From positions 14,877-78,876 of the forward strand of contig CACIUX010000004.1 in the NCBI GenBank assembly GCA_902589965.1: a stretch of DNA of 64,000 nucleotides. Direction: 5' to 3'. Positions within the stretch are counted from its first letter, which is position 1. Each line of letters starts with the position of its first letter. The translations under genes were made by a program, and so were the position numbers. Shown here in pieces: positions 45,415 through 55,462 of the stretch. The DNA comes from an uncultured SAR86 cluster bacterium. Lineage in GTDB: Bacteria; Pseudomonadota; Gammaproteobacteria; Magnimaribacterales; AG-339-G14. A model generated the notes under the pieces. That model was given only the letters and a program-made list of their open reading frames with translations. It made no database searches and had not been told where the DNA came from.

Positions 45415-45863
45415 GTGACATTATCTGGGTAGAAGGAACATTCGAAGACTTAAGCGTTCATCAACTTTATGACGTAATGAATCTTCGCCAAGAAGTATTT
45501 TTAATAGAGCAAAACACTTCATATCTGGATGCGGATAATGTTGATCAGGACTCTTTTCATTTACTTGCCTACATAGGATCAAATCTTCAGGGTTACAGTC
45601 GTCTAGTACCGCCAGGAATAAAGTATGAAGACGTTTCTATAGGAAGAGTGGTTTTACACAAAAAATCTCGTGGCAGTGGGTTAAGTAAGATTTTGATGGA
45701 TAAATCTATCCATACATGCCAGATTCTATATCCCGAGACAGACATTAGAATTTCAGCACAACATCCCTTGGTAGATTTTTATCAAGGTTACGGCTTCAAA
45801 ACAGTTGGAAAAATTTATGATGAGGATGGGATTCCTCATATAGAAATGGTCCTAGAAAAATAA
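45411..45863 (+). CDS. GNAT acetyltransferase, ElaA-like
   Basis: LRQEVFLIEQ, IGRVV, SAQ, YDEDGIPHIEM; ATGA-coupled to tas. Confidence 0.9.
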   Translation: MSDIIWVEGTFEDLSVHQLYDVMNLRQEVFLIEQNTSYLDADNVDQDSFHLLAYIGSNLQGYSRLVPPGIKYEDVSIGRVVLHKKSRGSGLSKILMDKSIHTCQILYPETDIRISAQHPLVDFYQGYGFKTVGKIYDEDGIPHIEMVLEK

Positions 45864-46610
45864 TTGAATATTTCTTACCTCAATTTTGGATTCTTGCTTT
45901 CATTTATTCTGGGAATAGTTTTCTTAACTTTTGATTTTTTTGGAGATATTTCTCTTCCGTCCTCAAACTGGGCAATAAAAGTTGGGGACAAATCCGTTTC
46001 CATGGAAAGTTATCTAGCTCAGATCAGCCAACTTGATTTCAATAATGACGGGGAAATAGACGCCGAACTTAAAGAGTCAGTGATTGATCAACTCGTCATT
46101 GAGCAATTATTGATTATGAAGGCAATCGATGAAGATATTATCCAAAGCGATCCTCTATTGAAAAATAATCTCATCGATTACATGACAAACATCATTTCTA
46201 ATCAGACCATCTCGAATATTGGGTATGAAGACGTTGAAGAATATTACAAAAATAATCTAGATAAATTTTCTCAAAATAATTTGTATTTAATGGAATCTGA
46301 TAGTGAATTTATTAATTTACCCAATGATTATCTTACAAAGCAGAAGCTAAGAGATTATTTGGGAGCAGATGCAATTATAAATATTGATATTCTTGAGATC
46401 GGCAGTGAAATTAAATTTATCCAAGATGATCAATCGTTTAGTGTTTTGCTTATAGATAAGATAGAAGGGGAACCCGCTTCATTAAACTCGATATTTGACA
46501 TAGTAAATCAAGAGGCAATAAGGAGCGAAAGAGAGAGGTCTTTTAGAGAATACATAAATGAACTTAAAAAAAGTTATCCAGTTGAAATAAACCCTATCCT
46601 ATATAAGTAA
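45864..46610 (+). CDS. Membrane-anchored SurA-N/parvulin-like chaperone protein
   Basis: N-terminal TM; IDQLVIEQLLIMKA, VEEYYKNNLDKF, YINELKKSYPVEI patterns; PPIase core looks degenerate. Confidence 0.65.
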   Translation: MNISYLNFGFLLSFILGIVFLTFDFFGDISLPSSNWAIKVGDKSVSMESYLAQISQLDFNNDGEIDAELKESVIDQLVIEQLLIMKAIDEDIIQSDPLLKNNLIDYMTNIISNQTISNIGYEDVEEYYKNNLDKFSQNNLYLMESDSEFINLPNDYLTKQKLRDYLGADAIINIDILEIGSEIKFIQDDQSFSVLLIDKIEGEPASLNSIFDIVNQEAIRSERERSFREYINELKKSYPVEINPILYK

Positions 46611-47713
46611 TGAGACTTCTGTCTTTGTATCTCTTATTGACAGCCTCTTTCTTGAGCTCACATGAGCTTCAAAAATTTAACCTTTCCTTAGACTTTCTTG
46701 AAACAGATGAATCCAAGGAAATTGAGATTAACATTATAGTACCTCGAAACTTATACAGACCATCTTTGGAAGAGAACCTTAACAATGGATTAAATTTTGA
46801 TGCCTGTAAAGAAAAAGATTTTGATCTAGTTAATTCAACAGCGAGATACTTAACTTTCAAGAAAAAAATTACTTGTAGCAATTTTCCTAGATCACTTGAT
46901 GCTAGAAATTTCTTCTCTTTTTATCCAGATCAAACTATTTTGGTGAATATAAAAAAAGAAACTAGCCTTCAAAATCAAACATTTTTAAATAATTCTAAAA
47001 GTAAAATTGATTTCAAAGAAGCCGATCAGAATTTTAGTTTTTTTTCTTTAGGATTAAACCACTTTCTAGGGGGCTACGATCATATTGCGTTTGTATCTCT
47101 TTTAGCCTTACTGATAATTGGAATAAAACAATTAATTTATCTACTCTCTGGCTTTACCTTAGGCCATGCTATCAGCATTACGTTCTCATCCTTAGGCTTT
47201 ATTTCTGTAAAAATTTCAATAATTGAAATCCTTATTGGCTACTCAATATTTTTATTGGCTCTGGAGTACTTAACAATTAGACAAGTTAATAAAAATGGAA
47301 TCATGAAGATAAATTCCATGTTTTGGATATCACTGGTCTGCGTTTCACTTGTCTTCTTTCCAGAAATAACTGTTCTATCAGTAGGCATGGCTTTGATTGG
47401 AATTTCTTATCCTTATTTAATTACAAGAAATTCACTCATTAGAATTATTGCTACCGTATTTTTTGGACTTTTGCATGGTTTTGGATTTGCTTCAAACTTA
47501 TCTAATTTTGATTCTCAATCACTAGTCTCATCTATTATTCTCTTCAACTTGGGAATAGAAGCAGCTCAAATTTTATATGCTATTTTTCTTCTTTTAGTCC
47601 TTAACCTTATTGCAAAAATAAGGCTTATAAGCAGACTATTTTTAAAAGATTTTATCTCTTTGATTGTTTTTTTCTTCTCTACCTTATGGTTTATAGGAAG
47701 GTTGCTGTTCTAG
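46610..47713 (+). CDS. HupE/UreJ-family membrane protein with N-terminal periplasmic domain
   Basis: Signal then SHE; GLNHFLGGYDH, FTLGHAIS, FGLLHGFGFA, FNLGIEAAQ. Confidence 0.85.
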   Translation: MRLLSLYLLLTASFLSSHELQKFNLSLDFLETDESKEIEINIIVPRNLYRPSLEENLNNGLNFDACKEKDFDLVNSTARYLTFKKKITCSNFPRSLDARNFFSFYPDQTILVNIKKETSLQNQTFLNNSKSKIDFKEADQNFSFFSLGLNHFLGGYDHIAFVSLLALLIIGIKQLIYLLSGFTLGHAISITFSSLGFISVKISIIEILIGYSIFLLALEYLTIRQVNKNGIMKINSMFWISLVCVSLVFFPEITVLSVGMALIGISYPYLITRNSLIRIIATVFFGLLHGFGFASNLSNFDSQSLVSSIILFNLGIEAAQILYAIFLLLVLNLIAKIRLISRLFLKDFISLIVFFFSTLWFIGRLLF

Positions 47714-48087
47714 ATAATTTTGACTTGTTCTGCCTGGGGTCCTCTTGCACCATTGGTAACGGTAAAGCTTACTCTAGTACTTTCTTTTAATAATTTTCTA
47801 TCACTTTCATTTACCGAAGCAAAATGAACAAAAAGATCACCACCTTTATCTCTCTCAACAAAACCGTAACCTTTGCTAGGATCAAACCATTTGATTGCTC
47901 CTTTTTCTCTTTTCAACCTCCTAGTAATTTGTCTTCCATAGACTATCGCCATACTGGAGATGAAAGTTGACATCAACAGAACCAAAAACATAGGTCCAAA
48001 TGAGAAAAAAAATTGAGGGAAGTTAAAAACTAGAAAAGTAGCTAAGAGAGAAATGATTGCTGAAGTTGTGAGTCCGCGTAACCACAT
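47710..48087 (-). CDS. Cold-shock-domain protein with two N-terminal TM helices
   Basis: Hydrophobic residues ~1-50, then GAIKWF, KGYGFV (RNP1), LFVHF (RNP2), GPQAEQV. Confidence 0.88.
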   Translation of the reverse strand: MWLRGLTTSAIISLLATFLVFNFPQFFFSFGPMFLVLLMSTFISSMAIVYGRQITRRLKREKGAIKWFDPSKGYGFVERDKGGDLFVHFASVNESDRKLLKESTRVSFTVTNGARGPQAEQVKII

Positions 48088-48104
48088 CCAATTATATTAA
48101 AGGA

Positions 48105-50843
48105 TTAGTTAAGTTTATTTAAGTTCTTTAAATGTAATTGAATAGACTTAGATTCTTTAAGTGCCTGCTTATATTGACGTTTTCTCTCATTTACAAGGCT
48201 TTTAGGAGCGCTTGAAATAAACTTTTTGTTGCTTAAAGTATTTTCAATATTGGCCAAATTTTTGGTTACTTTCTGTAATTTTTGCTCATTTCTTAATTTT
48301 TCTGATATTGGATCTACGTTTCCTTCAAAAGGTATATGAAATTTGAGATCGTGTGAAACAACTATGGCGCAAGGTTTATCTATCTCTAATACTTTTAAAT
48401 CTTTTATTCCAGCAAGTTTTTTTAAATGATCTGAGTTTTCGAGAATAAAATTCAGTGAAGTTTTATTGCCCGATATAAACACCTCTTCAAGCTTTAAAGA
48501 TGCAATACCCATTTCAGCTTTCATGTTTCTTATTGACGATATTGAGTTTTTCAAATTTTCTATTTCTTTGTATTTTGATCCTGAAATTCTTACTTTTTTT
48601 GGAAACGATTGATTTAACAAGAATGATTGTTTTTTTCCGGAAGCAATCTGATTCCAGATTTCTTCTGTAATAAAAGGCATAAAAGGATGACAAAGTTTTA
48701 AGATTGACTCAAGAATATTCAGCAAACCAGATATGATTCTATCTACTTCGCTTTTCTTAATGTTATCTGAATCAAGTCGATTTTTTGAAAACTCGATGTA
48801 CCAATCACAAAAATCATTCCATACGAATTCGTAAACACTTTGAGTGGCTAAATCAAATCTGTAATTATCCATATGGGTATTCATAGAAACTATCGTGTAA
48901 TTTAATTTCTCCACGATCCATTTATCTTCGGGAGTTTTTATAAATTGATTAGTCTTTTTGAAACTAGCTGGCTTATTTAATTCAATGAATCTAGAGGCAT
49001 TCCATAGTTTGTTACAAAAATTTCTATAACCTTCTACGCGCTTCATATCAAAATTAATATCTCTACTTCCAGAAGCAAGAGACAAAAAAGTAAATCTCAA
49101 AGCATCAGTACCGTGAGCTTTTATTCCTTGAGGATAATCTTTCTTTGTCTGTTTGATTATCTTCTGCTCGTCGTCTGGATTTAACAGACCAGAAATTCTT
49201 TTTGAAATAAGAGCTTCTAAATTTATTCCATCAATAATATCCAAAGGATCAAGAACATTTCCTTTTGACTTAGACATTTTTTGGCCTTCACTATCTCTGA
49301 TAAGCCCAGTAATGTAGATTTCTTTAAACGGTATTGCCTTTGTGAAATGCTTAGTCATCATTATCATCCGGGCAACCCAAAAAAAGATGATGTCGAAACC
49401 AGTCACTAATAATGAGGTAGGGTGATACTTATCTAATCTTTTTGTTTGTTGAGGCCAACCAAGGGTAGCAAAAGTCCACAAAGAGGAAGAAAACCACGTA
49501 TCCAGAACATCTTGATCTTGAACCAAAGATACTTTTTTATCTAATTTATATTTTTTTCTAATATCTTTCTCGTTTTCTCCGCAATATTCACCTCCATCTT
49601 GGTCATACCAGATTGGGATTTGATGACCCCACCACAATTGCCTACTGATGCACCAATCTTGAAGCTCGTTCATCCAAGAGAAATAAGTTTTTTTCCAATT
49701 ATCAGGAATAAAATTGATTGACTTTTTTTTGACCAAACTCAGGGCTTCCTTACCAATAAGGTCTGTATTTAAATACCATTGATCTGTCAGGTAAGGCTCT
49801 AGTATCGTGTCGGATCTTTCTGCTCTTGGAATAGATAATTTATGCGGTTCAATTCTCTCTAACATCTGGATATCTTTTAAAGATTTAATAATTTCTCTCC
49901 TAGCATCAAAACGATCCATGCCTGAGAAAGGGGCCGGAGTTTCAGCATTCAAAGTGCCATCAGGATTCAAAATATTTATTGGTTCTAGTCCATGTTTTAT
50001 GCCTAGTTCATAATCATTAAAATCATGACCAGGAGTGATCTTCAAACAACCAGTACCAAAATCTTTATCAACGTATGAATCAGCAATGATGGGGATATAT
50101 TTATCGGTAAAAGGTATTTTTGCTTTTAAACCTATTAATTTTTTATATCTTTTGTCTTTGGGATGAACAGCTATTGCCTGATCACCAAACATTGTTTCAG
50201 GCCGAGTTGTAGCAACAATAATAAAGTCATCTCCAACTTCGTATTTGATATGCCAAATATTCCCATTTTCTTCTCTAGTAGTTACCTCTAAGTCGGATAA
50301 GCCAGTCTCATTTTTGGGATCCCAATTAACCAATCTATTCTTCTTAAAAATCAGTCCTTTTTCATAAAGTTCAATGAATACTTTTCTTACAATATGCGCA
50401 TAATCTTCATCCATGGTGAAAGCTTCATTTTCCCAGTCTAAAGATGCACCTAACCTTCTTAATTGACTTGTGATGGTATTTCCTGACTTGCTTTTCCACT
50501 TCCAGACTTCCTTGATAAATCTATCTCTCCCTAATTTATTTTTACTTTTATTTTCCTTTTCAAGATTTCTTTCAACGACTATTTCTGTTGATATGCCAGC
50601 ATGATCTGTACCTGGTTGCCATAACACATCGTATCCATTCATTCGTTTGTATCTACAAATCGAGTCCATGATAGATGTTTGAAAGCCATGCCCCATGTGT
50701 AGAACTCCTGTCACATTTGGGGGAGGAAGCATGATGGAGAAAGCTTTGCTATTTTTCTTTAAGCTTGGTGAAAATAATTTAGATTCTTCCCATTTATAAG
50801 ACCACAATCTCTCAATTTTTTTGGGTTGGTATTTAGAATCCAT
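48105..50843 (-). CDS. valS: Valine-tRNA ligase
   Basis: PPPNVTGVLHMGH, DWCISRQLWWGH, KMSKS. Confidence 0.99.
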   Translation of the reverse strand: MDSKYQPKKIERLWSYKWEESKLFSPSLKKNSKAFSIMLPPPNVTGVLHMGHGFQTSIMDSICRYKRMNGYDVLWQPGTDHAGISTEIVVERNLEKENKSKNKLGRDRFIKEVWKWKSKSGNTITSQLRRLGASLDWENEAFTMDEDYAHIVRKVFIELYEKGLIFKKNRLVNWDPKNETGLSDLEVTTREENGNIWHIKYEVGDDFIIVATTRPETMFGDQAIAVHPKDKRYKKLIGLKAKIPFTDKYIPIIADSYVDKDFGTGCLKITPGHDFNDYELGIKHGLEPINILNPDGTLNAETPAPFSGMDRFDARREIIKSLKDIQMLERIEPHKLSIPRAERSDTILEPYLTDQWYLNTDLIGKEALSLVKKKSINFIPDNWKKTYFSWMNELQDWCISRQLWWGHQIPIWYDQDGGEYCGENEKDIRKKYKLDKKVSLVQDQDVLDTWFSSSLWTFATLGWPQQTKRLDKYHPTSLLVTGFDIIFFWVARMIMMTKHFTKAIPFKEIYITGLIRDSEGQKMSKSKGNVLDPLDIIDGINLEALISKRISGLLNPDDEQKIIKQTKKDYPQGIKAHGTDALRFTFLSLASGSRDINFDMKRVEGYRNFCNKLWNASRFIELNKPASFKKTNQFIKTPEDKWIVEKLNYTIVSMNTHMDNYRFDLATQSVYEFVWNDFCDWYIEFSKNRLDSDNIKKSEVDRIISGLLNILESILKLCHPFMPFITEEIWNQIASGKKQSFLLNQSFPKKVRISGSKYKEIENLKNSISSIRNMKAEMGIASLKLEEVFISGNKTSLNFILENSDHLKKLAGIKDLKVLEIDKPCAIVVSHDLKFHIPFEGNVDPISEKLRNEQKLQKVTKNLANIENTLSNKKFISSAPKSLVNERKRQYKQALKESKSIQLHLKNLNKLN

Positions 50844-51280
50844 TATCCAATATAGTTTGGTTTAATTCCGTATTCTAAACAAACTTTAAAACTCTCTCTC
50901 GCAATCTTTTGATATTCACCGCCATCTTCAATAACCAATTGATAAGAGGATTTAAAATCTTGAAAATTCGAAGGCAATTTTGGGTTCAAATTAATCAAAT
51001 AAGTATTTTTATTACAAGGATGCTTTATTCCAGGGAAGGAAATCAAAATTGGAGCATCAGGTGAATCTAAATCATTACAGATTTTATGAGGTAGAAAAAT
51101 ATCTGAAATATTTTCCCACAGAAAGTCATCTAATTTTTTTGCTTGATTTAGATCTTCACAATTTATGACAATATAATTTTTTTCGTCAGATTCAATATTT
51201 TTCCAATAGAGGTCTTTTGTAAATTGGCAGCAAAACTTTTCTCCCTCGTCTAAGGAAGTTCCAGCCTTGTAAAATTCCAT
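50843..51280 (-). CDS. holC: DNA polymerase III chi subunit (divergent)
   Basis: pepA-holC-valS synteny; LDDFLW, FLPH, LINL, ARESF. Confidence 0.8.
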   Translation of the reverse strand: MEFYKAGTSLDEGEKFCCQFTKDLYWKNIESDEKNYIVINCEDLNQAKKLDDFLWENISDIFLPHKICNDLDSPDAPILISFPGIKHPCNKNTYLINLNPKLPSNFQDFKSSYQLVIEDGGEYQKIARESFKVCLEYGIKPNYIG

Positions 51281-51283
51281 TAA

Positions 51284-52789
51284 TTACGATTGAGACAATA
51301 GGTAATTAGTTAAGAGTGGAACAGGTCTTCCTCTTGAGGCTTTCGCTTTTCCAGACCCATGAGCTGTCCCGGCTACATCAAGATGCGCCCAAGGATACTT
51401 TTTAGTAAACCTTGAAAGGAAACAAGCAGCAGTAATTGTTCCAGCTCGCCCACCAATGTTGGCTATATCAGCAAAATTACTATCCAAATCACCTTGATAT
51501 TCATCCCATAGAGGCAATTGCCATGCTTTGTCCATTGAAGCATGACCAGCATCTATGATTTTGTCGGCTAATTTCTGATTATTACTCATCAAACCTGAAG
51601 CAACATGACCTAAAGCTACTATTACTGCTCCAGTTAATGTCGCTATATCTATGACGTTTTTGGGTTTAAATCTTTCTACATAGGTGAGTGCATCGCAAAG
51701 AACTAATCGTCCTTCTGCATCTGTATTAAGTATCTCCACAGTTTGCCCAGACATTGTTTTAACAACATCACCAGGTTTGGTTGCCTTGCTGCCAGGCATA
51801 TTTTCAGCAGAAGCGACTACTCCAATGATATTAGACTTTGGTTTTATCAAAGCAATAGCCTCCATGGTTCCTAGAACGCTCGCAGCCCCACTCATGTCAT
51901 ACTTCATTTCATCCATTGCTGGGCTTGGCTTTAAACTTATACCGCCAGTATCAAAAGTTATGCCTTTTCCAACAATAACTTCCGGTTGTTCCGTTTTTTT
52001 ACCACCTTTGTATTCAATAATAATGAACTTAGATTCTTGAACACTCCCATTTCCAACAGACAAAAGACAATGCATTCCAAGCTTTTCCATTTCTTTTTCA
52101 CCTAGAACTTTCACAGATAGATTTTTATATTTTCTTCCAAGCTCTTTAGCAGTATTTCCAAGGTAAGTGGGCGTACAAATATTTGCAGGAGTATTGCCAA
52201 GCTCCTTCATTCTGTTTATCCCAACACCTATGTTAGTCCCAATAGATATTGATTTTCTTAGATCATTAATATCTTTTTTGGAGTTAATAAGTAAATTTAC
52301 GGACGCAAGAATATTATTTTTTTGTTCTTTTTTTCCATCAAAAATATATTTATAGGTCGATGATTCCAATTGCATTGAAAGGTTTTGCAAGAACCAAGAA
52401 AAATCTCTTTTTTCAAATTTAATTTCTGGAAGAAACAAAGAAACTTTTTTTGTATTTGCAGTTTTTGCTAAGGTGCAAATCTTAGTTATCAACTTCGATG
52501 CATTATCATCTTTGAATTTATCTGACGTATTACCTAAACCTAATAAGAAAAACTTTTTATCTTTTTGATCCGCTAGAGCAGGGATATAGCAAGAAGTATT
52601 AACTTTTCCTGAGAATTCTTTTCTTTTTAACAGAGTGTTCATTAGGCCCTTAGAAGCCTTATTGAATATATTTTTACTGGATTGAGAGTTGCCGTTTTCT
52701 TGAATACCAATAATAAGAGTTTCGTTTTTATCAGAAAGCATCTCATTTGGAGAAGTTATAGATAGGTTTATTTTTAAATTTGATGTCAT
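51284..52789 (-). CDS. pepA: Leucyl aminopeptidase (M17)
   Basis: GKGITFDTGG, MKYDMSG, NTDAEGRL. Confidence 0.97.
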   Translation of the reverse strand: MTSNLKINLSITSPNEMLSDKNETLIIGIQENGNSQSSKNIFNKASKGLMNTLLKRKEFSGKVNTSCYIPALADQKDKKFFLLGLGNTSDKFKDDNASKLITKICTLAKTANTKKVSLFLPEIKFEKRDFSWFLQNLSMQLESSTYKYIFDGKKEQKNNILASVNLLINSKKDINDLRKSISIGTNIGVGINRMKELGNTPANICTPTYLGNTAKELGRKYKNLSVKVLGEKEMEKLGMHCLLSVGNGSVQESKFIIIEYKGGKKTEQPEVIVGKGITFDTGGISLKPSPAMDEMKYDMSGAASVLGTMEAIALIKPKSNIIGVVASAENMPGSKATKPGDVVKTMSGQTVEILNTDAEGRLVLCDALTYVERFKPKNVIDIATLTGAVIVALGHVASGLMSNNQKLADKIIDAGHASMDKAWQLPLWDEYQGDLDSNFADIANIGGRAGTITAACFLSRFTKKYPWAHLDVAGTAHGSGKAKASRGRPVPLLTNYLLSQS

Positions 52790-52847
52790 TTATTACTCCT
52801 TAGTAAGCCAAATTTCTGTGGGATAATATCACCATAGACAAATTAAA

Positions 52848-54014
52848 ATGTTCAGCATTATATCTAAGTATATTATCAGAAGCTTCTTACAGACTTTTTT
52901 AGTTATATTCTCAGTACTATTTTTAGCCTTTTTCTTTCTAAGAAGCATAGATTTCCTAGAGATTGCAGCCAGAGGAGACATGTATCCACAAATTGCCTTG
53001 GGTTATATATTTTTTAACATTCCTAGTGTCATTGAGATTATTCTCCCTTTGAGCATCTTCCTCTCAACTTTAATTTGCATTGCAAGAATGAACACAAGTA
53101 ATGAAATAAATTTCATGAGGCAGATGGGGTTAAAGAGCGGTAACTTTCTTAAAATCCTTGCAATACCAATACTGTTAATGTCTTTTTTTGCACTATTTAT
53201 ATCTCTGATAGTCTCTCCTTATTCTCTAGACTCTTTGTACAAGCTTACAAGTAATCAAACTTTCTCTGATAGATTCAAAATGATGGGGGCAGGGAAGCCT
53301 ACCTATTTTGAGGATGTGAATACTACCTTTTTTGCCAAAGAATCTAATGACTTTGATTTTGGATTCAGTGAAATATTTGCATCAATTGAACATGAAGATA
53401 TGGAGATCATTTTAACGGCAGATCAAGTTTCTTCTATACCCACTGACAAATCTACCAACAGATTAACTTTTAAGAATGGGAAAATTGTTGGCCTAGAGAT
53501 GGAGGGAGACTTTTTGATGAACTTCTCGCACCTAGAATTTATTTTTCCCAGAAAAATTAAAACCTCATCGACCGATCTAAGTCATCTTTCAATGACTAGC
53601 TTGATCTCAAATTTAAAGAATAATCGAGAACAATCAGAGCTTTTTAAAAGGCTATCAATTTTTGTATTAATTATTGTGAGTGCCTTCGTTGCTCTCAATT
53701 TTGGAATTTCAAATCATAGAATAGGCTTCACAGTATCGTTAATTACCGGATCGTTATTCTTTTTGCTTTATTTTGGTATTTATTTAGGTTTGCAAAACTG
53801 GACGCTATCTTCTGAGTACAATCCATCTATTTCTTTTGCTGCTTTTCACTTCGTATTTTTTTTGGCAGGTATTTTCCTTAGTTATTTTCTTAATAAAGAG
53901 TCACCCATAAATATTTACAGTAGCGGAGTATCTTCAATAAATAACTTTCAATTAATATTTAATCTAGTTCTCCTAGCTTTTGTAATTTATATGTTTTTTT
54001 ACTTTTTAATCTAA
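52848..54014 (+). CDS. lptF: LPS export permease LptF
   Basis: 3 TM + periplasmic domain + TM bundle; divergent from pepA and paired with lptG. Confidence 0.82.
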   Translation: MFSIISKYIIRSFLQTFLVIFSVLFLAFFFLRSIDFLEIAARGDMYPQIALGYIFFNIPSVIEIILPLSIFLSTLICIARMNTSNEINFMRQMGLKSGNFLKILAIPILLMSFFALFISLIVSPYSLDSLYKLTSNQTFSDRFKMMGAGKPTYFEDVNTTFFAKESNDFDFGFSEIFASIEHEDMEIILTADQVSSIPTDKSTNRLTFKNGKIVGLEMEGDFLMNFSHLEFIFPRKIKTSSTDLSHLSMTSLISNLKNNREQSELFKRLSIFVLIIVSAFVALNFGISNHRIGFTVSLITGSLFFLLYFGIYLGLQNWTLSSEYNPSISFAAFHFVFFLAGIFLSYFLNKESPINIYSSGVSSINNFQLIFNLVLLAFVIYMFFYFLI

Positions 54015-55034
54015 ATGTTTAAGAGTTTATTTGATATAACTGGTTTGCTGATACAGCTTTCAATCCTCAAAAGCATAGGTTTGGTTTTTTTGATCCTTTT
54101 TTCTCTTGATTTCATTCTAATGTTGGTAGGCGAGTTACAAAATATATCCGATTATCAGAATTTTGAATCTTTTATAATTTCATTAGCTTTTAGTCTGCCT
54201 AAAAGAATTTATGATGTGGTTCCTTTGGCCTGTTTGATTGGTGCAATAGTTTCATACGGAAGACTTCAAGAGTCTGGAGAACTGATTGCCATAAGAGTTT
54301 TGGGAAAATCATTCAAACAAATCTTCTCCTCAATGCTTCTTCCAATATTTATCCTCTTATCAATAATGCTCGCGATAGGGGAATTTGTTATTCCAGGTTC
54401 AAATTTGATGTCCGAAGTTTATAAAACAAATCCTCAGCAAGCGCAAAAAGCTCAGTGGTTAACGAGAAAGAATGAACTCATTTACCTAGGTGATATATCT
54501 AGCGATAAAATTGATAATTTAAGAATTTATGAATTTAACTCTGAAGGCGATATTGATTCAGTTTTTAAAAAAGATGAGTTTGATCTTTCGCTCGATCAAA
54601 AAGAAGCATTTTTTAAAGATAGAGCTTCAGATAATCAAATACAAAAAATATGGAAGGCCCCCTCTAAAATTGAGCTTTCAAAATACATTAAGTTAAACAG
54701 ACAACCCCCGTCTTTGCTTTTTCAGAATTTTAAATTTTCAGATAGCACCAGAGAGAGGAACTTATTTCTGTGGCAGTTTTTAAAAAAAGTTATACAACCA
54801 ATATCTGTCTCAATTTTTGTGTTGTTAGCCCTCATCTTTTGCCAAGCATTCTTAAGAGATTATTCCATCACTTATAAGGTACTCACAGGAGTGGTTTTAA
54901 CCATATTTTTCAACTTTACAGAAAAAATAGCGGGGAACGTCTCCATCGTTTTTGGCTTCAGCCCACTTATAACTACTTTTATTTTTCTTCTTGGGCTTGT
55001 AAGTCTTATTTTTATATTCAGTAAAAGACTTTAA
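54015..55034 (+). CDS. lptG: LPS export permease LptG
   Basis: PLACLIG, SGELIAIRVLG, GEFVIP. Confidence 0.85.
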   Translation: MFKSLFDITGLLIQLSILKSIGLVFLILFSLDFILMLVGELQNISDYQNFESFIISLAFSLPKRIYDVVPLACLIGAIVSYGRLQESGELIAIRVLGKSFKQIFSSMLLPIFILLSIMLAIGEFVIPGSNLMSEVYKTNPQQAQKAQWLTRKNELIYLGDISSDKIDNLRIYEFNSEGDIDSVFKKDEFDLSLDQKEAFFKDRASDNQIQKIWKAPSKIELSKYIKLNRQPPSLLFQNFKFSDSTRERNLFLWQFLKKVIQPISVSIFVLLALIFCQAFLRDYSITYKVLTGVVLTIFFNFTEKIAGNVSIVFGFSPLITTFIFLLGLVSLIFIFSKRL

Positions 55035-55429
55035 GAGCGAACTATTTTGGTCTTTGAGAAGATATCGTTGAGACTTCTTTTATCTGATCTAAACAGAATC
55101 ACAAAAAAATTTAAACCTGCTAATGATCCAAAGAATAAGCCCAACACCAACCTTTGAAGCATAGATTTTATGGAGATTTTTTGATTGTCATCTGCAACTA
55201 ATTTTATTTTCCAAGCTTGCATTCCAAGGGTTTGTCCATCGTTGAAATGCCAAAAATAAACATAAAAAATAAACGAAATTAAAAAATACGAAAGAAGCAT
55301 CAAATTGCTTCCTAGGAAAGATGAAATGGCGCCACCGTTAATGATAACGATCAATAAGGTGAAACTGAGCAATATTCCTGCTATTAAAAGCAGGTCATAA
55401 AATAACGCCAATAATCTTCTAAAGAACAT
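55031..55429 (-). CDS. RDD family membrane protein
   Basis: Start moved to ATG 55429; RRLLALFYD, GQTLGMQAW, RSLNDIFSKT. Confidence 0.9.
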   Translation of the reverse strand: MFFRRLLALFYDLLLIAGILLSFTLLIVIINGGAISSFLGSNLMLLSYFLISFIFYVYFWHFNDGQTLGMQAWKIKLVADDNQKISIKSMLQRLVLGLFFGSLAGLNFFVILFRSDKRSLNDIFSKTKIVRS

Positions 55430-55462
55430 ACTGGAATTATGATATCTTAAAATCCTATATTT

